Sequence record: NC_042056.1
Direction: 5' to 3' (one strand)
DNA length: 64,000 nt
In this document: in pieces, positions 36,344-45,760 of the stretch
How the letters are laid out: the number at the start of each line of letters is the position of its first letter
Numbering within the stretch: position 1 is the stretch's first letter
Position numbers and translations under genes: made by a program
Notes under the pieces: model-generated
What the model was told of the DNA's origin: nothing
Seen by the model: the letters and a program-made list of their open reading frames with translations, nothing else
Database searches by the model: none

Positions 36344-37165
36344 ATGCGTTCTATTTTAAAATGGGTCGGTGGAAAGAAGCGAATCATCCAACCCCTGCGT
36401 AAGGTGTTCGGTGACACCGATTGTTTCGTCGAGCCGTTCGTGGGCGCAGGTTCGGTATTCATGAACACCAACTTCCCGAAGTACATTCTCTCTGACTACA
36501 ATCCCGATTTGGTTGCGGTGCTCCGTTCTGCGATGGAAGCCCCGGACGATTTGGTGGAAGCTTGTGAGCAACTCTGGACTAACGGGTGTGACCCTGAGGT
36601 TTATGATGCCCGCCGGGCGATACTCAACGACCGTGAGAACGTCACCGTCGAAGACACCATTGACCGGGCAGCTATCTTCATTTACCTGAACCGTCACGGG
36701 TACAATGGGTTGTGTCGCTACAACAAGTCGGGCGGGTACAACGTCCCTTATGGCGACCACCCAACCAAACCGTATTTACCCAAAGAAGAAATTCATGCTT
36801 TCTGGAAACGCTGCACCGAATCCGAAGTAGACTTGCGCTGCTGTGGCTTTGAGGAGACGATTATCAATGCACCGAAAGGTTCACTGATTTACGCTGACCC
36901 TCCGTACATACCCAGCTCGAAGACTTCCTCGTTTGCGCAGTATCATAAAGCGTCCTTTAACCAACAACACCAACGCCAATTGGCTAAACTCCTGAAAGAA
37001 GCACATCTTCGTGGTTGTCGTGTAGTCCTGTCGAATTCTGATACGCTGCTCACCAAAGACATCTACTATGGCTTCCAATGGGAGACCGTAGAGGTGGGGC
37101 GGTATTTAGGGTCGAAGGCTGAAACCCGTGGACGTGTGAACGAGTTGATTGGTGTTCTGGAGTAA
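36344..37165 (+). CDS. dam: DNA adenine methyltransferase (Dam/D12 class)
   Basis: LKWVGGK, FVEPFVGAGSVF, FIYLNRHGYNGLCRYN..G.YNVPYG, catalytic YADPPY and VVLSNSD. Confidence 0.93.
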   Translation: MRSILKWVGGKKRIIQPLRKVFGDTDCFVEPFVGAGSVFMNTNFPKYILSDYNPDLVAVLRSAMEAPDDLVEACEQLWTNGCDPEVYDARRAILNDRENVTVEDTIDRAAIFIYLNRHGYNGLCRYNKSGGYNVPYGDHPTKPYLPKEEIHAFWKRCTESEVDLRCCGFEETIINAPKGSLIYADPPYIPSSKTSSFAQYHKASFNQQHQRQLAKLLKEAHLRGCRVVLSNSDTLLTKDIYYGFQWETVEVGRYLGSKAETRGRVNELIGVLE

Positions 37166-37167
37166 CC

Positions 37168-37962
37168 ATGCACCTGTTATCGTATCCACCTGTGTACGAG
37201 CGACCTGTCCTCCTTAACGGTCGAGAGGTTGAAGTTGAACGTATCTGGCAAGGCATTAAACAAACCCATCCGTTAGCGATGGACGAGGAGCATTATCTGG
37301 TGGTGTCTAACACTCGCCAGACGCTCCTTGTATTAAGTGGCGAACGTCACGGCGATGTGTTCCATATTCTCAATATGGTGCCGATGACCGACAAGCCCTT
37401 TTACCAGTGGAAAAACCTCATGCGTCAACTCGAAGTGGTTCACTTCGATGTGGTATTAGACCCAAGTGCTCACGTCGAGCACGGGATATGCCAGGCCATG
37501 GGACTTGAGTTCGTGACAAAGCGTGTGAAGTTTACCCCGTTTGATGTTTCGCGTTTCAACACGCGTGCGCCGATGATTCATCGTCAGGAGAACTGCTCTC
37601 TTGATGAGATGGAGCGTGTGTGTCAGATAACGAAGAAATCACTGCCGGGGTACAAGCACATCTTAAAGGAAGTGGCGTTCGGTTTTATGGAAACGTTGGT
37701 ACGCAAACAAAACGACAAGATTACGTCGGTGTTGTTTGTTAGCCAGACACCTAATACCGTCACCGTCGCTAACTACGTTTCTGTGTTTCATCAACAGGAC
37801 AGGCAGTATGCGCAGGACTTCTCGGAGTTCTTCCGATACTTACTGAAACTGTGCGGGACACAGAAAAAGTCGTTGTATATCTCGCTGGACGCTAAGGCAG
37901 AGATACCGACTTACGATGGTATCACTCATGAGGTGGTGACACATCATTACACGATTGCTTAG
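37168..37962 (+). CDS. putative degenerate tandem GNAT-fold protein
   Basis: 264 aa, two ~120-aa halves; the first ends ICQAMGLEF (motif-B-like). No intact acetyl-CoA motif A. Confidence 0.45.
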   Translation: MHLLSYPPVYERPVLLNGREVEVERIWQGIKQTHPLAMDEEHYLVVSNTRQTLLVLSGERHGDVFHILNMVPMTDKPFYQWKNLMRQLEVVHFDVVLDPSAHVEHGICQAMGLEFVTKRVKFTPFDVSRFNTRAPMIHRQENCSLDEMERVCQITKKSLPGYKHILKEVAFGFMETLVRKQNDKITSVLFVSQTPNTVTVANYVSVFHQQDRQYAQDFSEFFRYLLKLCGTQKKSLYISLDAKAEIPTYDGITHEVVTHHYTIA

Positions 37963-37969
37963 GAGGGTT

Positions 37970-38731
37970 ATGAGAGAGATAACGAAAGAGGTGCTAGATG
38001 GTACGTATGACCAACCGCTCGGGCGTGGTGTATTAGACTGGCGTATCTTAGATCTGGCCCCCATGGAAACAAAACACATTGTTGAAGTGGGGCGTTGGCG
38101 TGTGTACCTAAAACGTCATCGTATCGAGGAAACAGCGCTACTGATTTCCGTTGACCGTTTTGGGGATGTGGAAGAACCACTGAATCTGCTCCCTGATGTG
38201 CTGGACGTCAAGGCAGTCTTTGCTTACTCGACGACGACTGCGGATGAAGCCCTTAAACGAATAGGGTTTGATCTGCATGCAGTGAAATATATCATTCCAC
38301 CGCGCGAGGGTATCAGACCACCGCCGAAGATGATTGAAAACTGCCTGTTGACGGACCAAGAAGCGGCGTCTTTTAAACTGGCCGCCATCGAAGAAGAAAG
38401 CATCCGTAAAGCGGCGGAAGCGTACGGTATGGGCACAGCTGCGTTTCACCGTGTCGACTTTGGGCACGGACGTACGGCAGTTGCGCTTATCAATATCGTC
38501 GATGAACATGCCACACTGCTGACGCACTGGGCAAGTGACTTCCAATCGCAAATGACGGTTGCTGACATCTTTAACTACATTGCCTCCTGTCAGAAGAACG
38601 GCGGGGAGTACGTGGTTAACCGTCAAACGTTCGATGACCCAACCCCTCTGGTGGAAACGCTGGAAACCCTCCACACCACGACACGCGGTGTTTATATTAT
38701 CACAAAAGGAGTATCTACCCATGCAAACTAG
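37970..38731 (+). CDS. putative degenerate tandem GNAT-fold protein
   Basis: ATG follows SD AGGAGG; the first half ends ALKRIGFDL (motif-B-like). Same size and layout as its neighbour. Confidence 0.45.
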   Translation: MREITKEVLDGTYDQPLGRGVLDWRILDLAPMETKHIVEVGRWRVYLKRHRIEETALLISVDRFGDVEEPLNLLPDVLDVKAVFAYSTTTADEALKRIGFDLHAVKYIIPPREGIRPPPKMIENCLLTDQEAASFKLAAIEEESIRKAAEAYGMGTAAFHRVDFGHGRTAVALINIVDEHATLLTHWASDFQSQMTVADIFNYIASCQKNGGEYVVNRQTFDDPTPLVETLETLHTTTRGVYIITKGVSTHAN

Positions 38732-39017
38732 CATCAATCGTTCTGTCGCGCGTTCTAAAGAAGTGGTTTACGATGTGGTCTCTGGTGAAAAGACCCTGTT
38801 CCGTGCGGTGATTGTCGAGAACAACGAACTGCTCGTGGTCTATCCGGGTGGCGAGTTCTCTAAAGCGGAAAAGGTGGCACTGGATAAACTCATCACCAAA
38901 GCGAAACACCGCGACGGGATTTCTATCCACCGTGTGGTTAATGGTCGTGAGTTAGTGGAGAATGGCAAAGACTTAGAAGTGCGTCCCGTGAGCACGCAAG
39001 TCAACGCCTTTGTATGA
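38721..39017 (+). CDS. hypothetical protein
   Basis: ATG 38721 follows AAGGAGTAT (track start 38559 is too long). Confidence 0.7.
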   Translation: MQTSINRSVARSKEVVYDVVSGEKTLFRAVIVENNELLVVYPGGEFSKAEKVALDKLITKAKHRDGISIHRVVNGRELVENGKDLEVRPVSTQVNAFV

Positions 39018-39044
39018 CACCACTAACGTTATAGAGGAATCGCA

Positions 39045-39545
39045 ATGGATGTTATCGATTTCGAACAGCTTCCACAGCACGACTTCGACCTCGGCGTCCG
39101 TGACATGGATTGCGGCTTCGAAGAAAAGGCGCGTGCGCTGTTCCAGAAATACGGCGAACTGATTATGGGTACCGACCATCCAGACATCACACTGGATGAG
39201 TTCGAGAAACTGATCGTTGGTCTCATCACGACCCGTGCACAGGACAGAGCGTTGCTGAACGAGTTGAACTTTACCACCGTGTCCCCCGCGGATGCTGCCG
39301 GTATCCTGTCGCAGTCCATCGTGCCGAACGATGAGATTCTCGACAAGGTTGCTGAGCTACGTGGCCCGTTCGACACAGCGGTAGAAGACTACGCGCAGCA
39401 GTTAGCGGAATCGGAATACGCGATGGTCGCCCCTGAGGGTGAGCAGCTGCCGTCTGATGAGCAAACTGAAACTGCCCGTCTGCGTCTTGCGCGATATGTC
39501 ATTACCAGCGTGCTGGTTGATGACCGTGAAGATTGTCAGCTCTAA
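39045..39545 (+). CDS. hypothetical protein (acidic)
   Basis: 166 aa ORF, SD GAGGA. Confidence 0.75.
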   Translation: MDVIDFEQLPQHDFDLGVRDMDCGFEEKARALFQKYGELIMGTDHPDITLDEFEKLIVGLITTRAQDRALLNELNFTTVSPADAAGILSQSIVPNDEILDKVAELRGPFDTAVEDYAQQLAESEYAMVAPEGEQLPSDEQTETARLRLARYVITSVLVDDREDCQL

Positions 39546-39552
39546 TGAAATG

Positions 39553-39582
39553 ACCTCACCTTCGGGTGGGGTTTATTTTTTT
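39553..39582 (+). terminator. intrinsic terminator (cUUCGg)
   Basis: ACCTCACC-TTCG-GGTGGGGT plus T tract. Confidence 0.8.
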
Positions 39583-39642
39583 GCCTTTTTACAGAATAGC
39601 ACCTATCTATGTCAAACCAAATAACCCTGAGGATTAAAAGCA

Positions 39643-39978
39643 ATGTGGCTTAGCGCAATTCACCGTGATTTACCAAAAATCGTTGACTTCGGTACCAGCG
39701 TGACTGGCGACCCGAATGTCGAACCGGTACAAATCGATGTGGGTCTGGCGAAGTTCGACCGCATGGAAGAAGGTCAGTTCGTGGTTCTCGATGCTGAAGA
39801 GAACGAATACATGCTGTTCCACCCGGAAGTGGATGTCGCGGGCATCGTTGACGGTGTGTGGTTAGCATCGTGGCACGATAAGTCCACGGACAAGTGGATG
39901 TGGGCGCTGGCAAAACAAGTCGGTGATAATTCATTCGTTCTGGATACCAAGCACCATGTTGAGCCCGTCCCTCATTGA
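39643..39978 (+). CDS. hypothetical protein
   Basis: 111 aa ORF, SD GAGGA. Confidence 0.7.
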   Translation: MWLSAIHRDLPKIVDFGTSVTGDPNVEPVQIDVGLAKFDRMEEGQFVVLDAEENEYMLFHPEVDVAGIVDGVWLASWHDKSTDKWMWALAKQVGDNSFVLDTKHHVEPVPH

Positions 39979-40282
39979 TGTCCGCGATGAGCTGTCGACG
40001 AATGATTACCTCATTCGGATGCAGTCCGCGTTTCAAAAGCCGTTAGGTGGCCCACCGGAAGCACGTCAGGTGTACGCACAGGTCATCGGGGTGGATAACA
40101 AAGAGGTTCACTTCACGAACCTTGAAACCAAACTCGACTTCACCATGCCCCTGAACGTGTTTCTGTTTGTGCCTGCTCTCGGTTTGCCAGTTGAGATTAG
40201 TCGCGTGCATCACCGCATCTTCTGTTGGCCTGATGTCCACAAAGAGAACAGCGATCCTATCCAGCTGCAAATTCGCCTGTAA
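39923..40282 (+). CDS. hypothetical protein (start uncertain)
   Basis: 119 aa ORF filling the gap before the next promoter. Confidence 0.5.
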   Translation: MIIHSFWIPSTMLSPSLIDVRDELSTNDYLIRMQSAFQKPLGGPPEARQVYAQVIGVDNKEVHFTNLETKLDFTMPLNVFLFVPALGLPVEISRVHHRIFCWPDVHKENSDPIQLQIRL

Positions 40283-40294
40283 CGTATTACTTTT

Positions 40295-40317
40295 CAGATA
40301 GATATTATCTAGGGGAG
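40295..40317 (+). promoter_or_regulatory. putative early promoter, copy 6
   Basis: CAGATAGATATTATCTAGGGGAG. Confidence 0.68.
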
Positions 40318-40361
40318 AAGATTGTTTTCTCCCTCACATTTTAATCTATAAGGAGTATCTC

Positions 40362-40946
40362 ATGTACAATTACGTTGTGTTGGGCCGCAAAGGTAGCATC
40401 GTCAGATTCGTCTTTAAATCTGACCCACCTGCCAAGCCGCGCGCGTTGGATTTAGCGGGCTTCGATTATAAAGGCATCCGCAAAGGTGTACAGCTGGACT
40501 TCAACGGTGACGTGAAGCCGGAGAACCTTTTGTATTCTGGCGATGTGAAGCCAAGAAAGCTTGTCGCCATCGGTGGAAAGAAACCCGCGAAGGCTGCAAA
40601 AGAAAGCAAAAAGGCACCGAAGGCTGAACCGACTTTCATCGTTGTTAAACGTGTGAAGCAGGTCATCGAATATAAGATCTGCGGGGACGAGTCTGCGGAA
40701 CCGTTAAACGAGACTCTGAAGATTAGTCTCGCCGGTTACGACTACAGAAAGCTGCGTAAGGACATGACCTTCCAGTTTGAAGGCGGTAAGATTGCTGCGG
40801 AGAATATTCGCTACTGGCCGTTCCGCGGTACTTCAAATAAGCTGCCGTTGCCGAAGCTTGAAGAAGTTGCACCTAAAGCGAAATCCGCAGCGGTGTCCAA
40901 GCGCGGTGCCACACCAAACGTGTCTATCCTGCGTAAGCACTTCTAA
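40362..40946 (+). CDS. basic protein with two internally duplicated domains
   Basis: LAGFDYKGIRKG...ENLLY versus LAGYDYRKLRKD...ENIRY; Lys/Ala-rich linker; own promoter and terminator. Confidence 0.75.
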   Translation: MYNYVVLGRKGSIVRFVFKSDPPAKPRALDLAGFDYKGIRKGVQLDFNGDVKPENLLYSGDVKPRKLVAIGGKKPAKAAKESKKAPKAEPTFIVVKRVKQVIEYKICGDESAEPLNETLKISLAGYDYRKLRKDMTFQFEGGKIAAENIRYWPFRGTSNKLPLPKLEEVAPKAKSAAVSKRGATPNVSILRKHF

Positions 40947-40953
40947 TCAGTAC

Positions 40954-40990
40954 GTCCTACTCCTTCGGGAGTAGGACTGTTTTATTTTTT
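40954..40990 (+). terminator. intrinsic terminator (cUUCGg)
   Basis: GTCCTACTCC-TTCG-GGAGTAGGAC plus T tract. Confidence 0.88.
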
Positions 40991-41001
40991 AAGGACTGTC
41001 G

Positions 41002-41529
41002 ATGACTACTTTTATTGCGGGCAAGAACTACCTCGCCGCAGACCGTGCGGTAATGAAAAACCGAATGGTATTTGAAGATGCGAAGATTCGCACTATCAAA
41101 GGACGCATCGCGTACTTCTTTGGTTCAGAGCATCCCACACCAGACGAACGCAAGTTGCTGGAAAAGAACATCTACGATTTCATCTTCGGCAAAGAGAAAG
41201 CGCATGCAGCCGCAGAAATCTGGCTGTTGCGATTTATTGAAAGTAACACACTGGTCGCCATGACTCGCAAGAAGACCTTAATCTTTAGCGGTATCTCTCG
41301 CCTGCGCGGTTGGTCACCCGAAGTCGGTGGGCCGACAAACCACACTGGACTAACGGTCGATGAAGACTTGTTGGAGACGCCGGTAGTTTACGGTTCTGGT
41401 GCAGAGTTGGCGCGAGCAGGTTGGGCATGCGGATTATCACCTGAGAACATTATCTTGATGGTGCAGAAAATCGACCCGATGTCGGGACATGGCTACGATG
41501 TGGTTTACAGAGAGGACTTACGAAAATGA
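41002..41529 (+). CDS. HslV-like/proteasome-beta Ntn-hydrolase peptidase
   Basis: N-terminal M-T-T (Thr1 nucleophile), LAADR, downstream Lys, YGSGA and terminal D.MSG; 175 aa like HslV. Confidence 0.6.
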   Translation: MTTFIAGKNYLAADRAVMKNRMVFEDAKIRTIKGRIAYFFGSEHPTPDERKLLEKNIYDFIFGKEKAHAAAEIWLLRFIESNTLVAMTRKKTLIFSGISRLRGWSPEVGGPTNHTGLTVDEDLLETPVVYGSGAELARAGWACGLSPENIILMVQKIDPMSGHGYDVVYREDLRK

Positions 41530-42092
41530 GTATCGTTTCTATTGCTGGTTTTATCGTTAATGGCATGGTTTACGTGAACGCCACCATTCAGGGCATGAAC
41601 TTACTGGCGTCTTACAACCCAGAAGCAGGTTTCGATAAACTGGGGTGGTGGTTCCCGAACGACTCACAAGGTAAGATTTCTGATATCTTGGCGAGTGGTA
41701 ACGACAATGAACGACACGAAGATATATCGTATTCTGGCTCCGTCCTCCGTCCCGATGGCCAGTTCTACGATATTAAACTGGCAGGACCTGCATACCGCCT
41801 AACGTTCACCCACCAACCGGCCAACGTGATGGTGTTCCCCTCAGACACTGAATCGGCGTTTGTGGCAACATTCATCGAACACCTGTCCATGAATCCAGAT
41901 TTGGATAACGAGAAGGGTGTGTGGTCTGCTGAGCGCATTGTGCGCATCTTAGGCTGCTTCCCCGGTTGCCATCACTTCGTGCCGTTTATGCCGTTCGACG
42001 AACTGAAAGCGAAAGTTCAAGCGTTGCCGCCGTGTGAATTGGCACCCTTCCCACGTACCCCACCGCGTAGATACGAACGCGCAGATTTATAA
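41526..42092 (+). CDS. hypothetical protein
   Basis: 188 aa ORF, ATGA overlap with the peptidase gene. Confidence 0.7.
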   Translation: MSIVSIAGFIVNGMVYVNATIQGMNLLASYNPEAGFDKLGWWFPNDSQGKISDILASGNDNERHEDISYSGSVLRPDGQFYDIKLAGPAYRLTFTHQPANVMVFPSDTESAFVATFIEHLSMNPDLDNEKGVWSAERIVRILGCFPGCHHFVPFMPFDELKAKVQALPPCELAPFPRTPPRRYERADL

Positions 42093-42135
42093 CAGCACCA
42101 CTCCTTTTAATGACAATCACAAAGAGAATCAGAAG

Positions 42136-42798
42136 ATGGCAAAGCAGAAGAAAGTCCGCAACAAAAAATATAACCCGCAGCAAGCCCATGCAGAAACTGC
42201 CCGTATGGTGGTGGAAAACTCGTTAGCCCGCATCTCCTTTATTGGTGCCTCTAACCGTCGTATTCAACCCTACGGTGGCCGCGGTTTTCAGTTCACGGTC
42301 AGTCGCCCGGTACGTGTAACCGTCAGTGCCGCGTTAGCTGAAACACTGTTTGAAGACCCACGTACGTGGTCGGTCTGGATGGCGCATTATGCCGTCAATG
42401 CAGATGGTGCCGTAGATGTAGAATCGGGTGTTCTTCGTTTAGATGAATACACACTGACTGATTTCACGGAAAACGTGGATAAGTTGGTGGAACACATGAA
42501 GCCGGAACACATGATGAATAACCCAGAATACGTGGGTTACGCTTTCTTTGCTTCACCAAATGAACGTTACGATTTCACACACGATACTACCGATGAACGT
42601 TTGATTGAAAACTTCATGGCGTCGGGTGTGTTAGAGAAAGAGAACCATCTCCCACAGCACGTTCTGAATGTTACCAAAGAAGAACTGATTATCATGCTCA
42701 TGGCAGACCATGCCAAGTTTGATACCAATATCAGTATACACCAACGCGGCGAAGGGGATGATTACCAAGTCGCAAATAAGCAAGTTATCGGAGAGTAA
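42136..42798 (+). CDS. hypothetical protein (basic N-terminus MAKQKKVRNKKYNP)
   Basis: Track ORF 42034..42798; likely ATG 42136. Confidence 0.7.
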   Translation: MAKQKKVRNKKYNPQQAHAETARMVVENSLARISFIGASNRRIQPYGGRGFQFTVSRPVRVTVSAALAETLFEDPRTWSVWMAHYAVNADGAVDVESGVLRLDEYTLTDFTENVDKLVEHMKPEHMMNNPEYVGYAFFASPNERYDFTHDTTDERLIENFMASGVLEKENHLPQHVLNVTKEELIIMLMADHAKFDTNISIHQRGEGDDYQVANKQVIGE

Positions 42799-42801
42799 GA
42801 A

Positions 42802-43368
42802 ATGAAGTTCTGGGAGCGTTTTTGTCGCTTGTTTAAAGAAGTCCCTGAGGCCCAGTCCGACGGTGACCGTTATACCCAAATCGTGCGTGACTACTTCAAT
42901 GCGGGTAATCACAACGTCGTGGAACTCTGTGATGCGATTGGCATGACACCACGTACATTGTACTTTGCGGTAAACGACGATAACGTGCGTGCAAATATCC
43001 TACCTCGTCTCCCTGAAAAGATGCGTATGGAATTGCGTGATGAGCTGACTGCGCGAGCATTCAGTCGTCAGCCTGTCTCGTTGTTCCGTCCGAACACGGC
43101 GAAGTACGATTTCGAAAACCTCACTGCGCTAATGGCTCACGTACACCAACTGTTCGAAACTTACCAGATACAACGTGGTGAGAAAGTGGACACCTCAATC
43201 AAGGCGTACATCCACTCGCTTAATCCGCGTACGGTACGTATCGCGTTTGTCGGTGGCGGCAGTGAATTCAATGTCGGCATCATTGAAGGTATTAACGTCG
43301 TGCAACAGAACCTGCTTATGGTGAATTATGGAAAACTTAACGCCCGTGGAAATCGTCAATGTTTTTAA
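42802..43368 (+). CDS. hypothetical protein
   Basis: 188 aa ORF, SD GGAGA. Confidence 0.7.
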   Translation: MKFWERFCRLFKEVPEAQSDGDRYTQIVRDYFNAGNHNVVELCDAIGMTPRTLYFAVNDDNVRANILPRLPEKMRMELRDELTARAFSRQPVSLFRPNTAKYDFENLTALMAHVHQLFETYQIQRGEKVDTSIKAYIHSLNPRTVRIAFVGGGSEFNVGIIEGINVVQQNLLMVNYGKLNARGNRQCF

Positions 43369-45064
43369 CCGTTATGTCCACGGTCAAGAACTGGCGAAAA
43401 AAATGTTGGCGATTGCTCTGCGTAACCGCGTACGGGTAGCGATGCTACCCCTCGGTGAACGCAACAGTGTTCGCAAACAGAATCTGTTATTACTGGGGCC
43501 AACCGGCTCCGGTAAAACCGCGTTGATGCGCGTACTGAAAACTCAGTTCGGTTTACCAGTTTTAGAACTGGACATGACCGGCTTTTCTGAGACGGGCTAT
43601 GTAGGCCGCAACCTCAACACGGTAGGCACGGACTTACAAACCTTAACCCGTTCTATTGCGCTCCCCGACTGGTACGTTGAGATGCGTACCGGCATGACCC
43701 TTGAGAAAGACGAACAGCGTTATACTCGTGAAGAACTCAAGGTGTTGGAAGAGAAAGAATACGAAGCAGAGAGTTCAGCGAAACAAGCACAGTGGCAAGC
43801 TGCGCGTGATGCTAAAAAGCAACACGAACAAACCCTGAAAGACTTAGGCGTGTTCCCTGACGATGATACCTACAACCACTATCGCATGGTCTATTACATG
43901 CGTGCGTTTTTGGTGGGTTATCACGCCGTGAAGAATCTGCCGTACGATGTCATCGACTTCGCTGACATTGAAATGATTCAGGGGCAGAAACTTATCGAGG
44001 TGGCGAACAAAGTTGTCGGGCTTATCGAGAAGATGGCCGGGAAACCGATTAACAGTATCGACGACCTCGATGACGACCTCAGCGAAAACACCGAAGAGAT
44101 GATGGAGAACAATCCTGCGTTGCTCGGTGAATTCATGGGTCTGATGGCCTACGGCGAAGTGCTGGAAACCATCATCACGCTCGGCGTCGGGATGCTCAGC
44201 AGTAATCCTGTTGCTGCGTGCGTGTCGTCGGGTGACTGGTACGATGTTGCACACTCGTTTGAGCAGACTGAAAAGGAAGATCTTCCACCGGGCATTGCGT
44301 GGCGTCCGATGGACTCGACTGAGTTTGCCCTCTACATCTGTGTGATGTTAGCGCGTGACCCAGAAGGGCTGGAAGAAGTCTTCGAAGATTGTGAAGACTT
44401 CACCCGCTTTGCTGATGAAAAACTGTGGAGCTACAAAATTCCCGAACCTGAGGTGGTACAACCCAAAGGTAAACGTAACGTGTTGGCGAAGAAAGACCTC
44501 GACAAAGTGGCCAACTGTAATGGACGTGACTTTGTAGAGAATTTCGGGGTGGTGTTCTTGGATGAGATTGACAAGCTCATTGAAACAGACACCACGGGCC
44601 GTACGCATGTTTCTCGCAGCGGTGTACAACGCAGCTTGCTCAAGATGGTTGAAGGTGGTTTATACGGCGGAATTGATACCACGAACATTCTGTTTGTTGG
44701 TGCCGGTTCTTTCGCAGAGGCCCCAGTCACTAAACTGATGCCAGAGCTGCAAGGGCGCTTTACGTTGCGTGCAGAACTGGAACCGCTTGACAAGGAAGCC
44801 CTCATTGCGATTTGTCGAATGGACAGCAGTGAGTTCCATGCGATGGTACGTCTCCTGCGAATCGAAGGGGTGAAAGTCAATTACGACCTTGACACCTTTG
44901 AGTACATTGCGGAGAAGACTGTCGAAGCGAACAGTGCGGATAACCTCGGTGCCCGACGTCTGGCTGCTATCGTTGAAGCGTTGTTCCAAGATGCGTTGTA
45001 CGAGCCCAACAAGTACACTGAGAAAGGTTACGACCTCTGTGGATCTACTCTGAGGAAAAAGTAA
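43328..45064 (+). CDS. hslU: HslU-like AAA+ ATPase/unfoldase with enlarged I-domain
   Basis: LTP.EIV...NRYV.GQ..AK..LAIALRNR, Walker A GPTGSGKT, pore loop ETGYVG, Walker B VFLDEIDK, SRSGVQRSLL..VEG, PELQGRF and NLGARRL. Confidence 0.88.
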   Translation: MENLTPVEIVNVFNRYVHGQELAKKMLAIALRNRVRVAMLPLGERNSVRKQNLLLLGPTGSGKTALMRVLKTQFGLPVLELDMTGFSETGYVGRNLNTVGTDLQTLTRSIALPDWYVEMRTGMTLEKDEQRYTREELKVLEEKEYEAESSAKQAQWQAARDAKKQHEQTLKDLGVFPDDDTYNHYRMVYYMRAFLVGYHAVKNLPYDVIDFADIEMIQGQKLIEVANKVVGLIEKMAGKPINSIDDLDDDLSENTEEMMENNPALLGEFMGLMAYGEVLETIITLGVGMLSSNPVAACVSSGDWYDVAHSFEQTEKEDLPPGIAWRPMDSTEFALYICVMLARDPEGLEEVFEDCEDFTRFADEKLWSYKIPEPEVVQPKGKRNVLAKKDLDKVANCNGRDFVENFGVVFLDEIDKLIETDTTGRTHVSRSGVQRSLLKMVEGGLYGGIDTTNILFVGAGSFAEAPVTKLMPELQGRFTLRAELEPLDKEALIAICRMDSSEFHAMVRLLRIEGVKVNYDLDTFEYIAEKTVEANSADNLGARRLAAIVEALFQDALYEPNKYTEKGYDLCGSTLRKK

Positions 45065-45756
45065 TGTTAAAATTTAACTATGATTTTGAACTGGAAGTGA
45101 GGGGTAAGGGGACTAGCGAAGTTCATGCGAGCGGTCTGGTACTCAGTATTCCAAAAGATGCTTTCTCCCCCGATACGGACTTCCAAAGGGTCTTTTCTCG
45201 TTGGACGGAGATGAACTCACTTTGTACTGCATCGCCGCGTGGCCACGCGCATGCCAGGCACCCACAAAGTATCTTTCTCGTTTCCAAAATAAATGGCGGC
45301 GATGTGTGTGCACGGTTACTGGGTGGTCGCATTGACATTAATGATGATGTCACGCTGAGTACCAACGTTACACCAACGGGGCCAAAAGGCGAAAAGCTTA
45401 AAATGTATCTGAATACTGTCGACAAGGTTACAATTCGACCGCGGCTAATATTCGATATAAAAGATAAGATCACTGGCGTGCCGTATTGGGATTTGGTCTT
45501 ACCCCGCAATTGGGAAGAGACCATTTACGTCTACAATACGGTGGATGATGAAGACTTCATTGAAGACCTTAAAGCGCTGGTAGATTTGTGCGATAAAAAG
45601 CAAGTCGGTTGGGGGATGAACTTTAGTGTTGAGACCCACGATTGGCACTTCACTATCTCATCTGTTGCGCCGTCCGAATGCTTCACCGGAAAGAACAAGA
45701 TGTTAAAACACGCATTGGAAGATGCAATTGAACATGTAGAAAATATTGGAAATTAA
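45064..45756 (+). CDS. hypothetical protein
   Basis: 230 aa ORF, TAATG-coupled to hslU. Confidence 0.7.
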   Translation: MLKFNYDFELEVRGKGTSEVHASGLVLSIPKDAFSPDTDFQRVFSRWTEMNSLCTASPRGHAHARHPQSIFLVSKINGGDVCARLLGGRIDINDDVTLSTNVTPTGPKGEKLKMYLNTVDKVTIRPRLIFDIKDKITGVPYWDLVLPRNWEETIYVYNTVDDEDFIEDLKALVDLCDKKQVGWGMNFSVETHDWHFTISSVAPSECFTGKNKMLKHALEDAIEHVENIGN

Positions 45757-45760
45757 AAAC

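Noticed and set aside
43655-44527. Intein or homing endonuclease inside hslU
   Set aside because: The insert sits where the HslU I-domain normally lies. No N-terminal Cys/Ser splice block, His-Asn end or LAGLIDADG/HNH motif is visible.
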